DNA of 64,000 bases, from the IMG/VR virus record IMGVR_UViG_3300013297_000003. One strand, written 5' to 3'. The stretch is from an uncultured virus (IMG/VR IMGVR_UViG_3300013297_000003) (lineage: Duplodnaviria > Heunggongvirae > Uroviricota > Caudoviricetes). Below are positions 8,962 through 17,890 of the stretch, one piece after another. The notes under the pieces are model-generated. The model was not told the DNA's origin, did not search any database, and was given only the letters and a program-made list of their open reading frames with translations. Position 1 is the first letter of the stretch. Each line of letters opens with the position of its first letter. A program made the translations under genes and the position numbers.

Positions 8962-9189
8962 TTAGCCGTGCTTTTCGGTGCTCTTATCCTGCCAGCTGAT
9001 GACCGAGCCGGGAGGCGGGGTCATGGTGTCCACCTGGGGATAACCCCCGATGTGGCCCTCGACGCGCTTGCCGTCGAAGCGGAGGTTGGCCTGGAGGCGG
9101 GGGTCCGCCTTCATTTGGGCCAGCGTGGTGCCGGTCGGGAAGCTGTCGCGGTGTTCGACGCCGGAGTACCGAAACGTGAAGCTGTTCAT
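8962..9189 (-). CDS. ubiquitin-like (beta-grasp) protein, 75 aa, C-terminal Gly
   Basis: MNSFTFRYSG..TTLAQMKADPRLQANL..VEGHIGG..GSVISWQDKSTEKHG*; AAGGAG RBS; first gene before E2/E1. Confidence 0.75.
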   Translation of the reverse strand: MNSFTFRYSGVEHRDSFPTGTTLAQMKADPRLQANLRFDGKRVEGHIGGYPQVDTMTPPPGSVISWQDKSTEKHG

Positions 9190-9268
9190 TGCTGAACTCC
9201 TTGGAACTTGCGCCACTTGGAATGCCATCCCTGGTTGGCGCTTTGCCAGGGTAGCGGGTAGTTGCGAA

Positions 9269-9487
9269 TTAGCCGAGGTAAACGATCAGAATGTTGATAA
9301 TTGCCAGCCTCATTTCGTCGCCGCTGCCATCCGGGTCTTTGAGTGCGTCAGCGGCTTCCTTGAGCAACTCGACAGCCCGGTCAGTGTCTTCCATGCCGTT
9401 AGCAAGTAGCTCCATGCCGGAGATGGCGTCCATGAGCCGGTCGAAAGCCGCCGCGCCTTCTTCGCTGGGAGTCAGAGCGTAAAGCAT
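9269..9487 (-). CDS. small hypothetical early protein
   Basis: RBS GGAGAAACGCAC-ATG. Confidence 0.6.
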   Translation of the reverse strand: MLYALTPSEEGAAAFDRLMDAISGMELLANGMEDTDRAVELLKEAADALKDPDGSGDEMRLAIINILIVYLG

Positions 9488-9517
9488 GTGCGTTTCTCCT
9501 TGCGGGTAGCGGGTAGT

Positions 9518-9730
9518 TTAGCGTGCGTGGATGCAATCGTAGCGGTAGCTGATTTTGAAGGCATCAATGGTCCTGATTACGTCAGCATCATCGAGCAGTT
9601 CGCCCGTAGACCAGCAAATTGCCTGCACAGAGTATTCTTTGGTGTCGGCATCGTAGGACAGCACGCGATGGCCATAATTACCACCGTCAGCCGCCCTTAC
9701 CTCTCTGCCGACGATATTGTGCGGGTCCAT
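9518..9730 (-). CDS. small hypothetical early protein
   Basis: RBS GGAGAAATGCAC-ATG. Confidence 0.6.
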   Translation of the reverse strand: MDPHNIVGREVRAADGGNYGHRVLSYDADTKEYSVQAICWSTGELLDDADVIRTIDAFKISYRYDCIHAR

Positions 9731-9781
9731 GTGCATTTCTCCAGTGCGTAGTTCTATGGATGGGTCTGTTATCGTCTAGGT

Positions 9782-10069
9782 TCAGTCAAGCGTGTAGGTG
9801 GTGACGGACTGAACTGGCGTTGGCACAACGATGTCGCCACACAGAATGAGAGCGGTCCAGACAGGCCACGAGGTGTTGTCCTTGCCGGTGCCCGTGAAGT
9901 CTTTCACGGATTCCACGATCTCAAGTTGCTGGTGGGGGCAGCCGTAAGCAAGTCGATCCTTGATGATCTCACGGTTGAAGTCCGCAAGCAAAGTAAGAAG
10001 TTTGTTGGGCGATTCACAGGTGTAACTTCTGAGGCTACATTCCGGGCGACGATAGAGAACGGTGTACAC
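9782..10069 (-). CDS. small hypothetical early protein
   Basis: AAGGAGAG RBS before GTG. Confidence 0.55.
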   Translation of the reverse strand: MYTVLYRRPECSLRSYTCESPNKLLTLLADFNREIIKDRLAYGCPHQQLEIVESVKDFTGTGKDNTSWPVWTALILCGDIVVPTPVQSVTTYTLD

Positions 10070-10141
10070 AGCATCTCTCCTTGGGGTTAGAGGGCAAATA
10101 GCAACGACCAGAGCCGATGCCCTGGGCGTTACTGCGCGTCC

Positions 10142-10330
10142 TCACCACGGCAGGTCATCAAAATCATCGTCATCGTCCAGGGCCACGGGTTCGCGTTCAT
10201 CGACGATGGTGGCGGGCCAATAGGGGCCAAACTCAAGATCGTAGTAGAGCTTGGCGCGTTCCTTGGTGTCGAAGGTTCGCACAGGTTCAGGATTGCCGGT
10301 GAGTGGACTGGCCACTAGGAGGGTGAACAT
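10142..10330 (-). CDS. small acidic-tailed early protein
   Basis: RBS GGAGAAATGCACC-ATG; ends DDDDDFDDLPW. Confidence 0.6.
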   Translation of the reverse strand: MFTLLVASPLTGNPEPVRTFDTKERAKLYYDLEFGPYWPATIVDEREPVALDDDDDFDDLPW

Positions 10331-10365
10331 GGTGCATTTCTCCGCGAAAAGGTGGGTGGTGTTCG

Positions 10366-10587
10366 CTAATTGAATCCGGTGGTTTGTCTTGCTGGCGTGG
10401 GGTTCTCGCCAAGTTTACGGTCCCATGCGTCTTCAGTCTTGGCTGACTCGGAGGTTGCACAGGTGTAGGCAACAGTGCCGTTGGCGCGAACCATGCTGAA
10501 ATCGTCTTGGGTTTGCTCGACGTTCAGCAAGGAGCCGTCAGGCAAGATGATGTCGAAATGATCGCCGGGCTGCAAGCGGACTTCCAT
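10366..10587 (-). CDS. small hypothetical early protein
   Basis: AGGAGAAACC-ATG. Confidence 0.55.
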   Translation of the reverse strand: MEVRLQPGDHFDIILPDGSLLNVEQTQDDFSMVRANGTVAYTCATSESAKTEDAWDRKLGENPTPARQTTGFN

Positions 10588-10924
10588 GGTTTCTCCTAGT
10601 GGCACAAGTGTAGACCGGAGGCAATGGCATCCCTGCACCATTGCCGCGCGGCCTGGGTGGTGGTAAATGGTTCGGACTGCTTACGGTAGCGTGTTCGCGT
10701 GATGGCCGAATAGGCCCAGAACCAGACAATCATGGGTCAGTCCGTGTAAGGCACAGAGAATTGGTTTAACAACGTCCTTGCCGGCCTTGAGCGCGGCCTT
10801 GGCCTCGTGGCGAAAGCGTCTGACGGCCCGGCGCACGAGCATCTTGCATTGAGCGTAATAGTGCATGCCGAAGCGGCATTGCTTGCAGCCGCATTTCCGC
10901 ATGGGTTGGCCTTTGGTCATGGCT

Positions 10925-11122
10925 TTAGCCCTCCAGATCGTTTGGCCCATCGGTTTCGATGAACACGCCGCGTCCCAGTCCACACTCATCACCATAGAAG
11001 GCGATACGGTCGCCGTCCGTGGTGGTCAGGATGACGCCAAAGGACATGCTGGACATATTCCAATGGCGGACGGAGGAGATGGTTTTGCCGACCAATTGGT
11101 CGAACGATTCCAGGTATTTCAT
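10925..11122 (-). CDS. small hypothetical protein
   Basis: 65 aa, ATGA-coupled. Confidence 0.5.
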   Translation of the reverse strand: MKYLESFDQLVGKTISSVRHWNMSSMSFGVILTTTDGDRIAFYGDECGLGRGVFIETDGPNDLEG

Positions 11123-11307
11123 TGGTCCCTCAGTTTATCCATGGCTGCCTTTAAGGCGCGCCGGAAAGCGAGTGGAATGGTGGTGGTTTCCAGGGTGGTG
11201 GCCGCATCGGCCCAGTCGTCGTTGGACCGCAATTCCTTCCATTGGCCGGTGGTGGTAACGATGAAGTTGGTCATATTCCAGGTGAACAACTCAGCGCGAA
11301 TGTCCAT
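11119..11307 (-). CDS. small hypothetical protein
   Basis: GAGG RBS, 62 aa. Confidence 0.5.
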   Translation of the reverse strand: MDIRAELFTWNMTNFIVTTTGQWKELRSNDDWADAATTLETTTIPLAFRRALKAAMDKLRDQ

Positions 11308-11551
11308 GGTTTACCTCGCAAGGAAGGCGATGGCTTGGCGGGCCGATGGTGGCATTTCGGACATACGGGAGAGGTGATGGCGGGCCAATTGCTTGACGAG
11401 CGATGGTCCGATATTGGTGGTGATGGTTGGTTTGGACTGGCCGCGCTCGTTTTGCCATTCCTGGCGGATGGTCGATGCTTGATGGTCGGTGTGCATGGTT
11501 TCCATGGGTGAAAGAAGGCGCGGCATGGTTGGCCGCGCCCGTGGATGGTGG

Positions 11552-11731
11552 TTACGGCTTGACGAACGCATTGAAGCTGACGGAGATGGGACGGCCCTTG
11601 TGCTCCACGGTGGTTTGTTTGGTGCCATGGCTGGACGCCACGATCAGCGTTTTGCCGGTGGACGATGGTTGCGGATTGTCCGCAAGGGGGATGGTGATGA
11701 CGAGTTTGCCGTTAACGATGGTGGTCTGCAT
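11552..11731 (-). CDS. 59-aa conserved-type small beta protein (S-[ST]-G-K-T..VAS motif), absent from ORF track
   Basis: MQTTIVNGKLVITIPLADNPQPSSTGKTLIVASSHGTKQTTVEHKGRPISVSFNAFVKP*; RBS GGAGAATTGCACC. Confidence 0.75.
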   Translation of the reverse strand: MQTTIVNGKLVITIPLADNPQPSSTGKTLIVASSHGTKQTTVEHKGRPISVSFNAFVKP

Positions 11732-11796
11732 GGTGCAATTCTCCCTAAAAGAGTGATGGTGAATGGTTTACGATGGTTAGATGCCCATTCCGTGGG

Positions 11797-12036
11797 TTAG
11801 GTCGATGATGGTTGGGCGTAATTGGCAAGATCGTAAGCTTTCCACTCTTCGCGGGTTGCGAATAGCTCATGGCCATGAAGCTTTTGCGGGCAAGCGTAAG
11901 GACCATCGACCATGTAGGCGAACATGGTCAGGGATGGGTCAAAGCTTGCTTGCCAGGTTGCGTAGTCCACAACCTTGCCAGCATGACCTAGGGGAGTGTA
12001 AACCGTTTGGCCGATGGTAAACTTTGGTCCGCTCAT
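11797..12036 (-). CDS. small SH3-like hypothetical protein
   Basis: KFTIGQTVYTPLGHAGKV pattern. Confidence 0.45.
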   Translation of the reverse strand: MSGPKFTIGQTVYTPLGHAGKVVDYATWQASFDPSLTMFAYMVDGPYACPQKLHGHELFATREEWKAYDLANYAQPSST

Positions 12037-12303
12037 TTGTGCATACTCCAATGAAAACGCCCATGGGGAAACCATGGGCATAGGGCGTAATCGTTCCAGA
12101 ATCGACGCAGACGCTATCCGACGAACACGCAAGCGTAGGCTAGCCAAAAGCCCATGCAAGCGAATACGGCCCAAACTAGGCGGTTTGGCATGGTGGTAGG
12201 TCGGATACGTTCGATCTTGTAGGCCAGTTGGGATTGTCCGGGGGAAGCGATTGCCTTCCTTGTGGGCATTTGGGAAGTGTGCATAGCGTTCTCCGATTAG
12301 GGG

Positions 12304-13110
12304 TTAGATGCCATCGGCTATAAACCAATATGGCATAGAGCGATAGTCGTGTCTTGTCTTGGAGTTGAGCGCGTCGATGCGAGCATGATCATGGTTGTAA
12401 TGCATGTTCTCGGAGACTGCGCCCGGCTTCTTCTCCTTCGCCTTGCCACTAGACTTGATCGGCTTTTCGCCTGCGCCCGCTCCACGTGAAACCTGTTCGC
12501 CATGGGAGAGGCGAACTAGGCGGACTAGGGGGAGACGTGTATCGCGAGAAACAACGATTGTGTCATTGACTAGTTCGGCATGGTGGATATTGCCCGTTCC
12601 CTCAATCCGCATGGCAAGCAAGGAGGATAGGGCGAACGTGTCCGGGCAATCGACTGTCCAAAACTCGCAACCAGGTTCAAACTCTGCTTTATGGTCCGTC
12701 ATGCCGCAAACCTCTGTAACCTTGCCATTGACGCGAACGGTTTCGGTCAATTGGGTGCACAAGGCGCAACGATTGTGCTTGCGCCATTGATACCACATAT
12801 CCCTCGTTGCGCCTGTCCGTAGGTCAAGGAGGATGGTCAGCGCACCCTTTGCTAGTTCCCTGCCATTGTCCTTAACCATCTCATCGGCCACTAGGCCGGA
12901 AATGGCATGCACGGTAGAGTTTGCGCCATTGTGGTAGTGGCGAATCTCACGTGCGCCGTTGGGATCATTCGTTCCGTAGAAGGCGGAGTCATACTCCGTC
13001 CCGCGAATGATCTTGCGCGCTGCCGATTGACAATTGGGACGACGTTTCCCGCGTTGCCGATTGCGTTTGGCGTGTGTTGGTTGATCCCGGTTTTTGTCGA
13101 TTGCTGGCAT
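12304..13110 (-). CDS. hypothetical Cys-containing early protein
   Basis: 268-aa ORF, GAGG RBS. Confidence 0.6.
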   Translation of the reverse strand: MPAIDKNRDQPTHAKRNRQRGKRRPNCQSAARKIIRGTEYDSAFYGTNDPNGAREIRHYHNGANSTVHAISGLVADEMVKDNGRELAKGALTILLDLRTGATRDMWYQWRKHNRCALCTQLTETVRVNGKVTEVCGMTDHKAEFEPGCEFWTVDCPDTFALSSLLAMRIEGTGNIHHAELVNDTIVVSRDTRLPLVRLVRLSHGEQVSRGAGAGEKPIKSSGKAKEKKPGAVSENMHYNHDHARIDALNSKTRHDYRSMPYWFIADGI

Positions 13111-13216
13111 GGTGAAACCTCAAAAGACCTAAGAGGGACGATACGCTACACTTAAGAGCATTTTCGAGACCACAACTTTACGTTTGTCCCGTCGCTCTCC
13201 CTCAATATGTCTAGTG

Positions 13217-13254
13217 CAAAGTAACCCCTTGCGCCTTGCGGAGCAAAGGGTTAC
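13217..13254 (-). terminator. intrinsic terminator with GCAA tetraloop
   Basis: Minus-strand GUAACCCUUUGC..CC-GCAA-GG..GCAAGGGGUUAC-UUUG. Confidence 0.6.
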
Positions 13255-13260
13255 TGCGAA

Positions 13261-13911
13261 CTAGATCGTCTGCGAGTCAAGGAGGAACGCGGCGAAGTCT
13301 GCCGGAGTCAAGTAGAGGGTAACAGGGTTAGCGCCGGAGACCGGATAGCGTTCAATCACTTTCCAGCATGCACCCTTCGCTCCGTCCAGAACCTTGCCCG
13401 GATCAACGGCCAGTGTCGTTCCGTCCACAACGTCAGCCTCCGTGATAGGCCGGTGGCAGGAGACGTAATCGCACGATTCGGAGACGCGACCATTCAGTTT
13501 GCCCGGCAGGGAGACTTTGGCGGAACGGACACGCACGGCAACGGGTTTGTGTCCCCTGCCGGAGAGTACCGACTTGGGGATAACGCGTCCCGCCGCATCG
13601 TAGGACGCGTTCGCCTTGCGTGCGGTCAAGTTGAGGCTATCGATAGCCTCCTGGATAGCCTCTGGAGTAGCCGCATGGTCCGGGGAGGTTAATCCATCTT
13701 CGCTAATCTTCGCTTGCTTGCGTGCCGCAATCTCGTCTTGAGCCTTCATGTCCCCTGCCTTGGCAAGAGCCTTCAGAGCCTTGCCGGAGAGGATGGAATA
13801 CTCAACCGGGGTTTTGTCCGGTTCGGCAGCTGGCAAGCGATTGTGAGGCACGGCAGAGGCATTGCCGGGCAACATGTCGCCATTGATCGGTTCGGTGATT
13901 GTGTCAGCCAT
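13261..13911 (-). CDS. hypothetical protein, first gene of the leftward early cluster
   Basis: MADTITEP.. 216 aa followed by a terminator. Confidence 0.6.
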   Translation of the reverse strand: MADTITEPINGDMLPGNASAVPHNRLPAAEPDKTPVEYSILSGKALKALAKAGDMKAQDEIAARKQAKISEDGLTSPDHAATPEAIQEAIDSLNLTARKANASYDAAGRVIPKSVLSGRGHKPVAVRVRSAKVSLPGKLNGRVSESCDYVSCHRPITEADVVDGTTLAVDPGKVLDGAKGACWKVIERYPVSGANPVTLYLTPADFAAFLLDSQTI

Positions 13912-14552
13912 GGTAAGAGACCTTTCCAGTAAACAGAGAATCAGACTTACTCCCTCCAAGAACACCTCGGAGAGACTTCGCGTCCACCGCACCTAGACGA
14001 GAAACCCGTCAGCACAGGGGACACGGACCGGACCGGCAAAAACGGTTTGCCGGGTAAGCAGACTCTAGCTAGAACCATGCCATACCGACACAAGTGAGCA
14101 AGTATTGACCTAAACCCATGGTGTTAAAAGACTTGCCAAACTGACGATATTTCGGCTAGGGATATGACCTACAAAAAGCGCCGAACAACGACGCAGAATG
14201 ACGCAACTCAAGCGCCGAAACAACGTATAAGATACAAGAGAACACTAGGAAAAGTACTGAGCCAAGATGCGATAGGGAAGACAGGTCAATATACAGGCGC
14301 TCAGATACACGACCACTATGATCCCGATGGTCAACATTCTCCCTCGTGTGAGCGACCGGACCGCAGCCGGCCTTGACGGCGCGGCAGCCGAGCGACCGGC
14401 AGCCGGCCCAGTAGGGGTACAGATTTCCAGTAGTGGACGGAGGGATACCCTTGTCCCCACGCAGGAGATGAGGCTGTTCAGCGACGTGACATTCTCTGGA
14501 CGGGGTGGGGGTGTCGATTCTTAGAAATGCATTCACTTTCGATCTGGTTCCA

Positions 14553-14819
14553 TCAGGCATGCTTTTTGGGTGTAAATACTGGAACGAAAGGCCACTGCAT
14601 CAATCCTTGGTGTTTATCGACAAGGATTGGCTCGTCGGCGATCATTAGATAGAACATACGCCACTGGCTGAACCACTGCCCAAGACGATGTGCGTATATC
14701 TCTCTGCACTCGCAGGTTGCACAGATGAAGTTGAAACGGAATTGACGGTGCTCGACAAACTTAACTCGTAGCTCTCGTAAGCACTTACAGAGATCGCATC
14801 TGCCTTGGAAGCTATTCAT
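14553..14819 (-). CDS. small Zn-finger protein
   Basis: CDLC..CATCEC. Confidence 0.45.
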   Translation of the reverse strand: MNSFQGRCDLCKCLRELRVKFVEHRQFRFNFICATCECREIYAHRLGQWFSQWRMFYLMIADEPILVDKHQGLMQWPFVPVFTPKKHA

Positions 14820-15187
14820 TTGGAGACCTTTCTGGCATATTCGTTATAACCCTCGTGCCAGGCTTGGACTAGCTCGGCTACGACCAGGACTATAAGCGGC
14901 TCAATGGTTTCTGGCTCACCACACTCTCCTGGGATAAAGCCTTCGTCGATCAGCTTTTGCACGAAGTTCTCGGCTTTTTCTCTAGGTGTCATTTCTCTGG
15001 TTCCTTTCGTATTCACGTCCCTGGCTGTACGCTTCTTCTAAGGCATTCTGGAATATGGAGATAAAGCATCTTTTGTCTTCTTCGCGGTAGGGTTCGCTGA
15101 GCCAGCCGCCGTCGATGAGGGTTTGTAGGAGTGCTTCGGCTTCCTCTTTCATGGGAGCCTCCTTTTTGTGGTTCCATCTGGGATTTA

Positions 15188-15246
15188 TCTGTAGAAATAC
15201 TTCCGGTAAATCTGTAGAATAACTCTGCCGCTGAGTATTTCTACAG
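15188..15246. promoter_or_regulatory. putative operator: three CTGTAGAA boxes including a 13-bp inverted repeat
   Basis: CTGTAGAAATACT (15189-15201) / AGTATTTCTACAG (15234-15246); extra TCTGTAGAA at 15211. Confidence 0.55.
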
Positions 15247-15257
15247 GAGAACGAATC

Positions 15258-15503
15258 ATGGCTAGACCGAAGAAAGACCCTGGAAAGAGCGTATCGGTTT
15301 ACTTGGACGCCAAACGCCTGGCCTTCCTTGGAGACGATCCCAAGAAGTCTCTTGTGGCTCTCATCGACCAAGCTATGGCCAAGGATGAGGTGCCGACCTA
15401 CGTTCAGACCAATCCGGTCCCATCAAACCAAGAGCTTGCCAAGTCTTTGGACATTCCCAAGGCTATCGAAGCGGCGGGCCGAAGGGGATTGGTTATCGGC
15501 TAA
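15258..15503 (+). CDS. small ribbon-helix-helix-like DNA-binding protein
   Basis: MARPKKDPGKSVSVYLD..L; AGGAG RBS; lone plus-strand gene in a minus-strand region. Confidence 0.5.
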   Translation: MARPKKDPGKSVSVYLDAKRLAFLGDDPKKSLVALIDQAMAKDEVPTYVQTNPVPSNQELAKSLDIPKAIEAAGRRGLVIG

Positions 15504-15534
15504 AATCACCGATCCTCACCCACTTGCCCGCATC

Positions 15535-15927
15535 TTAAAAATCTCCACCACCTGAGTCGCAACCAGACGACGCACCGCCACAAGCATCGCTGGCACTGCT
15601 GCCCCAGTCGCTCGTGCTAGAGCTACTCGTGTCCGGCGTAGAGGCCGCTGGAGACTCATAGGAATGGCTCTGCGTCATTTGGTGGCCCACCCACAATGGA
15701 CTGAGCGGATTGAGTGGGTTCAGCAAATCAGTGCCCATCGGGCTGCTCGAATCATCGCTGGTCATCTTTTTCTCCTCGACCTTCTTCTTCACCGTTCCAG
15801 CCGGAACGTCAACCACTTTAACCTCTTTGGCTTTAAGCCAGGCCAGCGCCGGGGTGACGGGCGGCTCATCAGCCACCTTGGGTTTATCTCCCCAGTTCCA
15901 CAAATCCTTGAGCCACTGAAACATCAC
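15535..15927 (-). CDS. hypothetical protein with Ser/Gly/Asp-rich tail
   Basis: Ends SSSSTSDWGSS..GCDSGGGDF; AAGGAG RBS. Confidence 0.6.
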   Translation of the reverse strand: MMFQWLKDLWNWGDKPKVADEPPVTPALAWLKAKEVKVVDVPAGTVKKKVEEKKMTSDDSSSPMGTDLLNPLNPLSPLWVGHQMTQSHSYESPAASTPDTSSSSTSDWGSSASDACGGASSGCDSGGGDF

Positions 15928-16066
15928 TGGGACTCCTTAAAAAGCGGCTGCTCACTGGCAAAGCCCTGGCTGGTCACATTCTCGGCCAGGCTGAACTCCG
16001 GGCAGCCGCACCACGGGCACCGAAACGCTTCTTGGTATTTACAGCCACAGCGGTTGCACCACTTGG

Positions 16067-16894
16067 TTACTTGAACTTCTCCAGGCACCCCTGGCAGAGG
16101 CTCGAATCCTTCACCCTGGGATTGCACAGACATTGGGCGCACACTCCTTCCTTGAGCTTGTTAGACAACTCCTCTTGGACGATTTTGCGAATCTCGTCCA
16201 GAAGCTCCCTCTTAAACTCCGGGGCCAACATCGCCCTCACGTAGCCCTCTGGATTGGTCTGGATCACTCCAGGGCCTCCATAGGTGGCTGGATAGGTCCA
16301 TCCACTCGCTGGCACATTAACACTGCTCGCCATGTCGCCTCTCCTTGGGATTAAAATATTGGGCTGGTTTCTCATCCTCTCCGCTGCTTCACGGACTTCT
16401 CTGGCATGTTCTTCATATCTAGGCCCCCAGGTGTTCACCGCCGACCACGCCCACTCTTGGCCGGGCATTGGACCTTGGTTGACTCGGATCGTCACCGTCC
16501 GGTCTTCAGCGGTAGCTGCTGGATCAACTTGGTGCGGCAAGGCCACTTGGGTGTGCGTCCACCCAGGGATGGGATTTGCCACCGTGCCGCGCGGCAAAAG
16601 CTGGCCAACGCCACCCTGATCGACATTGGCTGTTATCTCCCTTTCACGGCGACCGTATTGTTCAGTCAACTCCTGGATTTCTTCTGGAGTTAGCGTAGGC
16701 GGCCTCGTTAGTTCGGCGCGAGCTTCTTCTTGTCTAGCCACAAGCCTCTCGGCATCGTCATCCACCTCTTCTTCGACTTCTTCCTCGTCTGGATCGACTT
16801 CCAAGGCGACATTTTCACCCAGGGGCACAAACTCCCCCTGCTCGTTCCTCACGTACAAGTTCCCCGGCTGGCCATAAACTTGCTCAAGTGGCAT
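16067..16894 (-). CDS. hypothetical protein with C-terminal CxxC-x10-CxxC
   Basis: GGAGGT RBS; CAQC..LCQGC. Confidence 0.6.
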   Translation of the reverse strand: MPLEQVYGQPGNLYVRNEQGEFVPLGENVALEVDPDEEEVEEEVDDDAERLVARQEEARAELTRPPTLTPEEIQELTEQYGRREREITANVDQGGVGQLLPRGTVANPIPGWTHTQVALPHQVDPAATAEDRTVTIRVNQGPMPGQEWAWSAVNTWGPRYEEHAREVREAAERMRNQPNILIPRRGDMASSVNVPASGWTYPATYGGPGVIQTNPEGYVRAMLAPEFKRELLDEIRKIVQEELSNKLKEGVCAQCLCNPRVKDSSLCQGCLEKFK

Positions 16895-16896
16895 GA

Positions 16897-17232
16897 TTAC
16901 ACCTCCGTAATGTCGATGTTGAATAGAGCCTTCATTAATTTTCGTTTGATCCGGTACACTGCCGTCTTCATGCCTTTCACATCCTCCACGACGAAGCCGC
17001 GCTTCGGGCAAATGTAAGAGAAATCGCCGATGTAGCGGCACACCACCGATTTGCCAATCGTCAGGTCGAATTTCGGCTGGAGCTTCAAAGCCATGATCTC
17101 CCCGACCTTTTCCATGTCCTTGAGAATCAAGTATCTCGCGGCTTCTTTCTTTGAGGCAAAGGTGATGGAGCCAACCGGCGTCCTAACCGCCCGGTACTTG
17201 CTCTTGGACTTAAGCACGATTCTCCCTGGCAT
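16897..17232 (-). CDS. DUF1064-family PD-(D/E)XK endonuclease
   Basis: SKY..FASKKEA.RY..L.LQPKF..Y.GDF.Y..VVEDVKG..T..Y..K.KL. Confidence 0.85.
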   Translation of the reverse strand: MPGRIVLKSKSKYRAVRTPVGSITFASKKEAARYLILKDMEKVGEIMALKLQPKFDLTIGKSVVCRYIGDFSYICPKRGFVVEDVKGMKTAVYRIKRKLMKALFNIDITEV

Positions 17233-17236
17233 GGCT

Positions 17237-17491
17237 TTACTCCTTCTCCAAGCGAACGCGGAACCCCACCGGCAGTAGGCTCCTTAACTTATGTCCCGAC
17301 CTTCTCAACTGACCCATCCGAATAAGCTGCTCCACATGCCGCTTGGCCGTGGGCAGGGACACCTTCAGGTGCGCAGCTAACTCCCGCAAGGTCGGGCCAA
17401 CCCCATCCACCTCCAGGGCGGCCACCACCAAGTCCATGACCAGTTGCCTTTTAAGCACCCCCTTCTTGTCATTGGCGCTATTGCGGCTCAT
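17237..17491 (-). CDS. LexA-type winged-HTH DNA-binding protein (no peptidase domain)
   Basis: PTLRELAAHLKVSLPTAKRHVEQLIRMGQLRR..RSL. Confidence 0.7.
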   Translation of the reverse strand: MSRNSANDKKGVLKRQLVMDLVVAALEVDGVGPTLRELAAHLKVSLPTAKRHVEQLIRMGQLRRSGHKLRSLLPVGFRVRLEKE

Positions 17492-17814
17492 GCGGTGCAT
17501 TCCTTCGACAAAAAGGCATTGGCCCATTCCAGAGCGATCTGGTGGCTTTCCTGGGCATCCTTCTCACTAGCGCTCCAGTGCTCAAAGAGGCAGTCCGTCC
17601 TGCCCTTATCACACCTCTTGACCCAGGTTAAAAACAAGGGAGTCATCCCTGGGGCGTCCCTGCCATGGTCCACAATCCCCACCCAGGAGGTATAGACATC
17701 CAGTTGCTTTTCCAGTTGGTGGCGCTTGACCACTCCATAATGGGGCATGCGCAGGAGCCGTTCCCAGCGCTTCTTCGTGATCTCGTTGCCGGATTTGTCA
17801 ACGTACTTGATCAC
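17488..17814 (-). CDS. conserved-type phage hypothetical protein
   Basis: GGAGGT RBS; V.TSWVGI.DH..PLF..A..SH pattern. Confidence 0.6.
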   Translation of the reverse strand: MIKYVDKSGNEITKKRWERLLRMPHYGVVKRHQLEKQLDVYTSWVGIVDHGRDAPGMTPLFLTWVKRCDKGRTDCLFEHWSASEKDAQESHQIALEWANAFLSKECTA

Positions 17815-17874
17815 GGCCCACCTCCGGCCTATTTTTTACACAATTGTTACCCAACTGGCAATAAGGGAAAAACC

Positions 17875-17883
17875 TGCTATACT
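17875..17883 (+). promoter_or_regulatory. extended -10 promoter, probably giving a leaderless transcript
   Basis: TGCTATACT ends 7 nt before ATG 17891, at the strand switch. Confidence 0.5.
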
Positions 17884-17890
17884 CATATCC

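Noticed and set aside
7072..9189. Thiamine/molybdopterin biosynthesis (ThiF-ThiS)
   Set aside because: No thiG or moaE; E2-like and JAB genes are present; the E1 lacks the CxxC Zn pairs
14108..14136. dif/Xer-like site
   Set aside because: Only weak dyad symmetry; cannot be supported by eye
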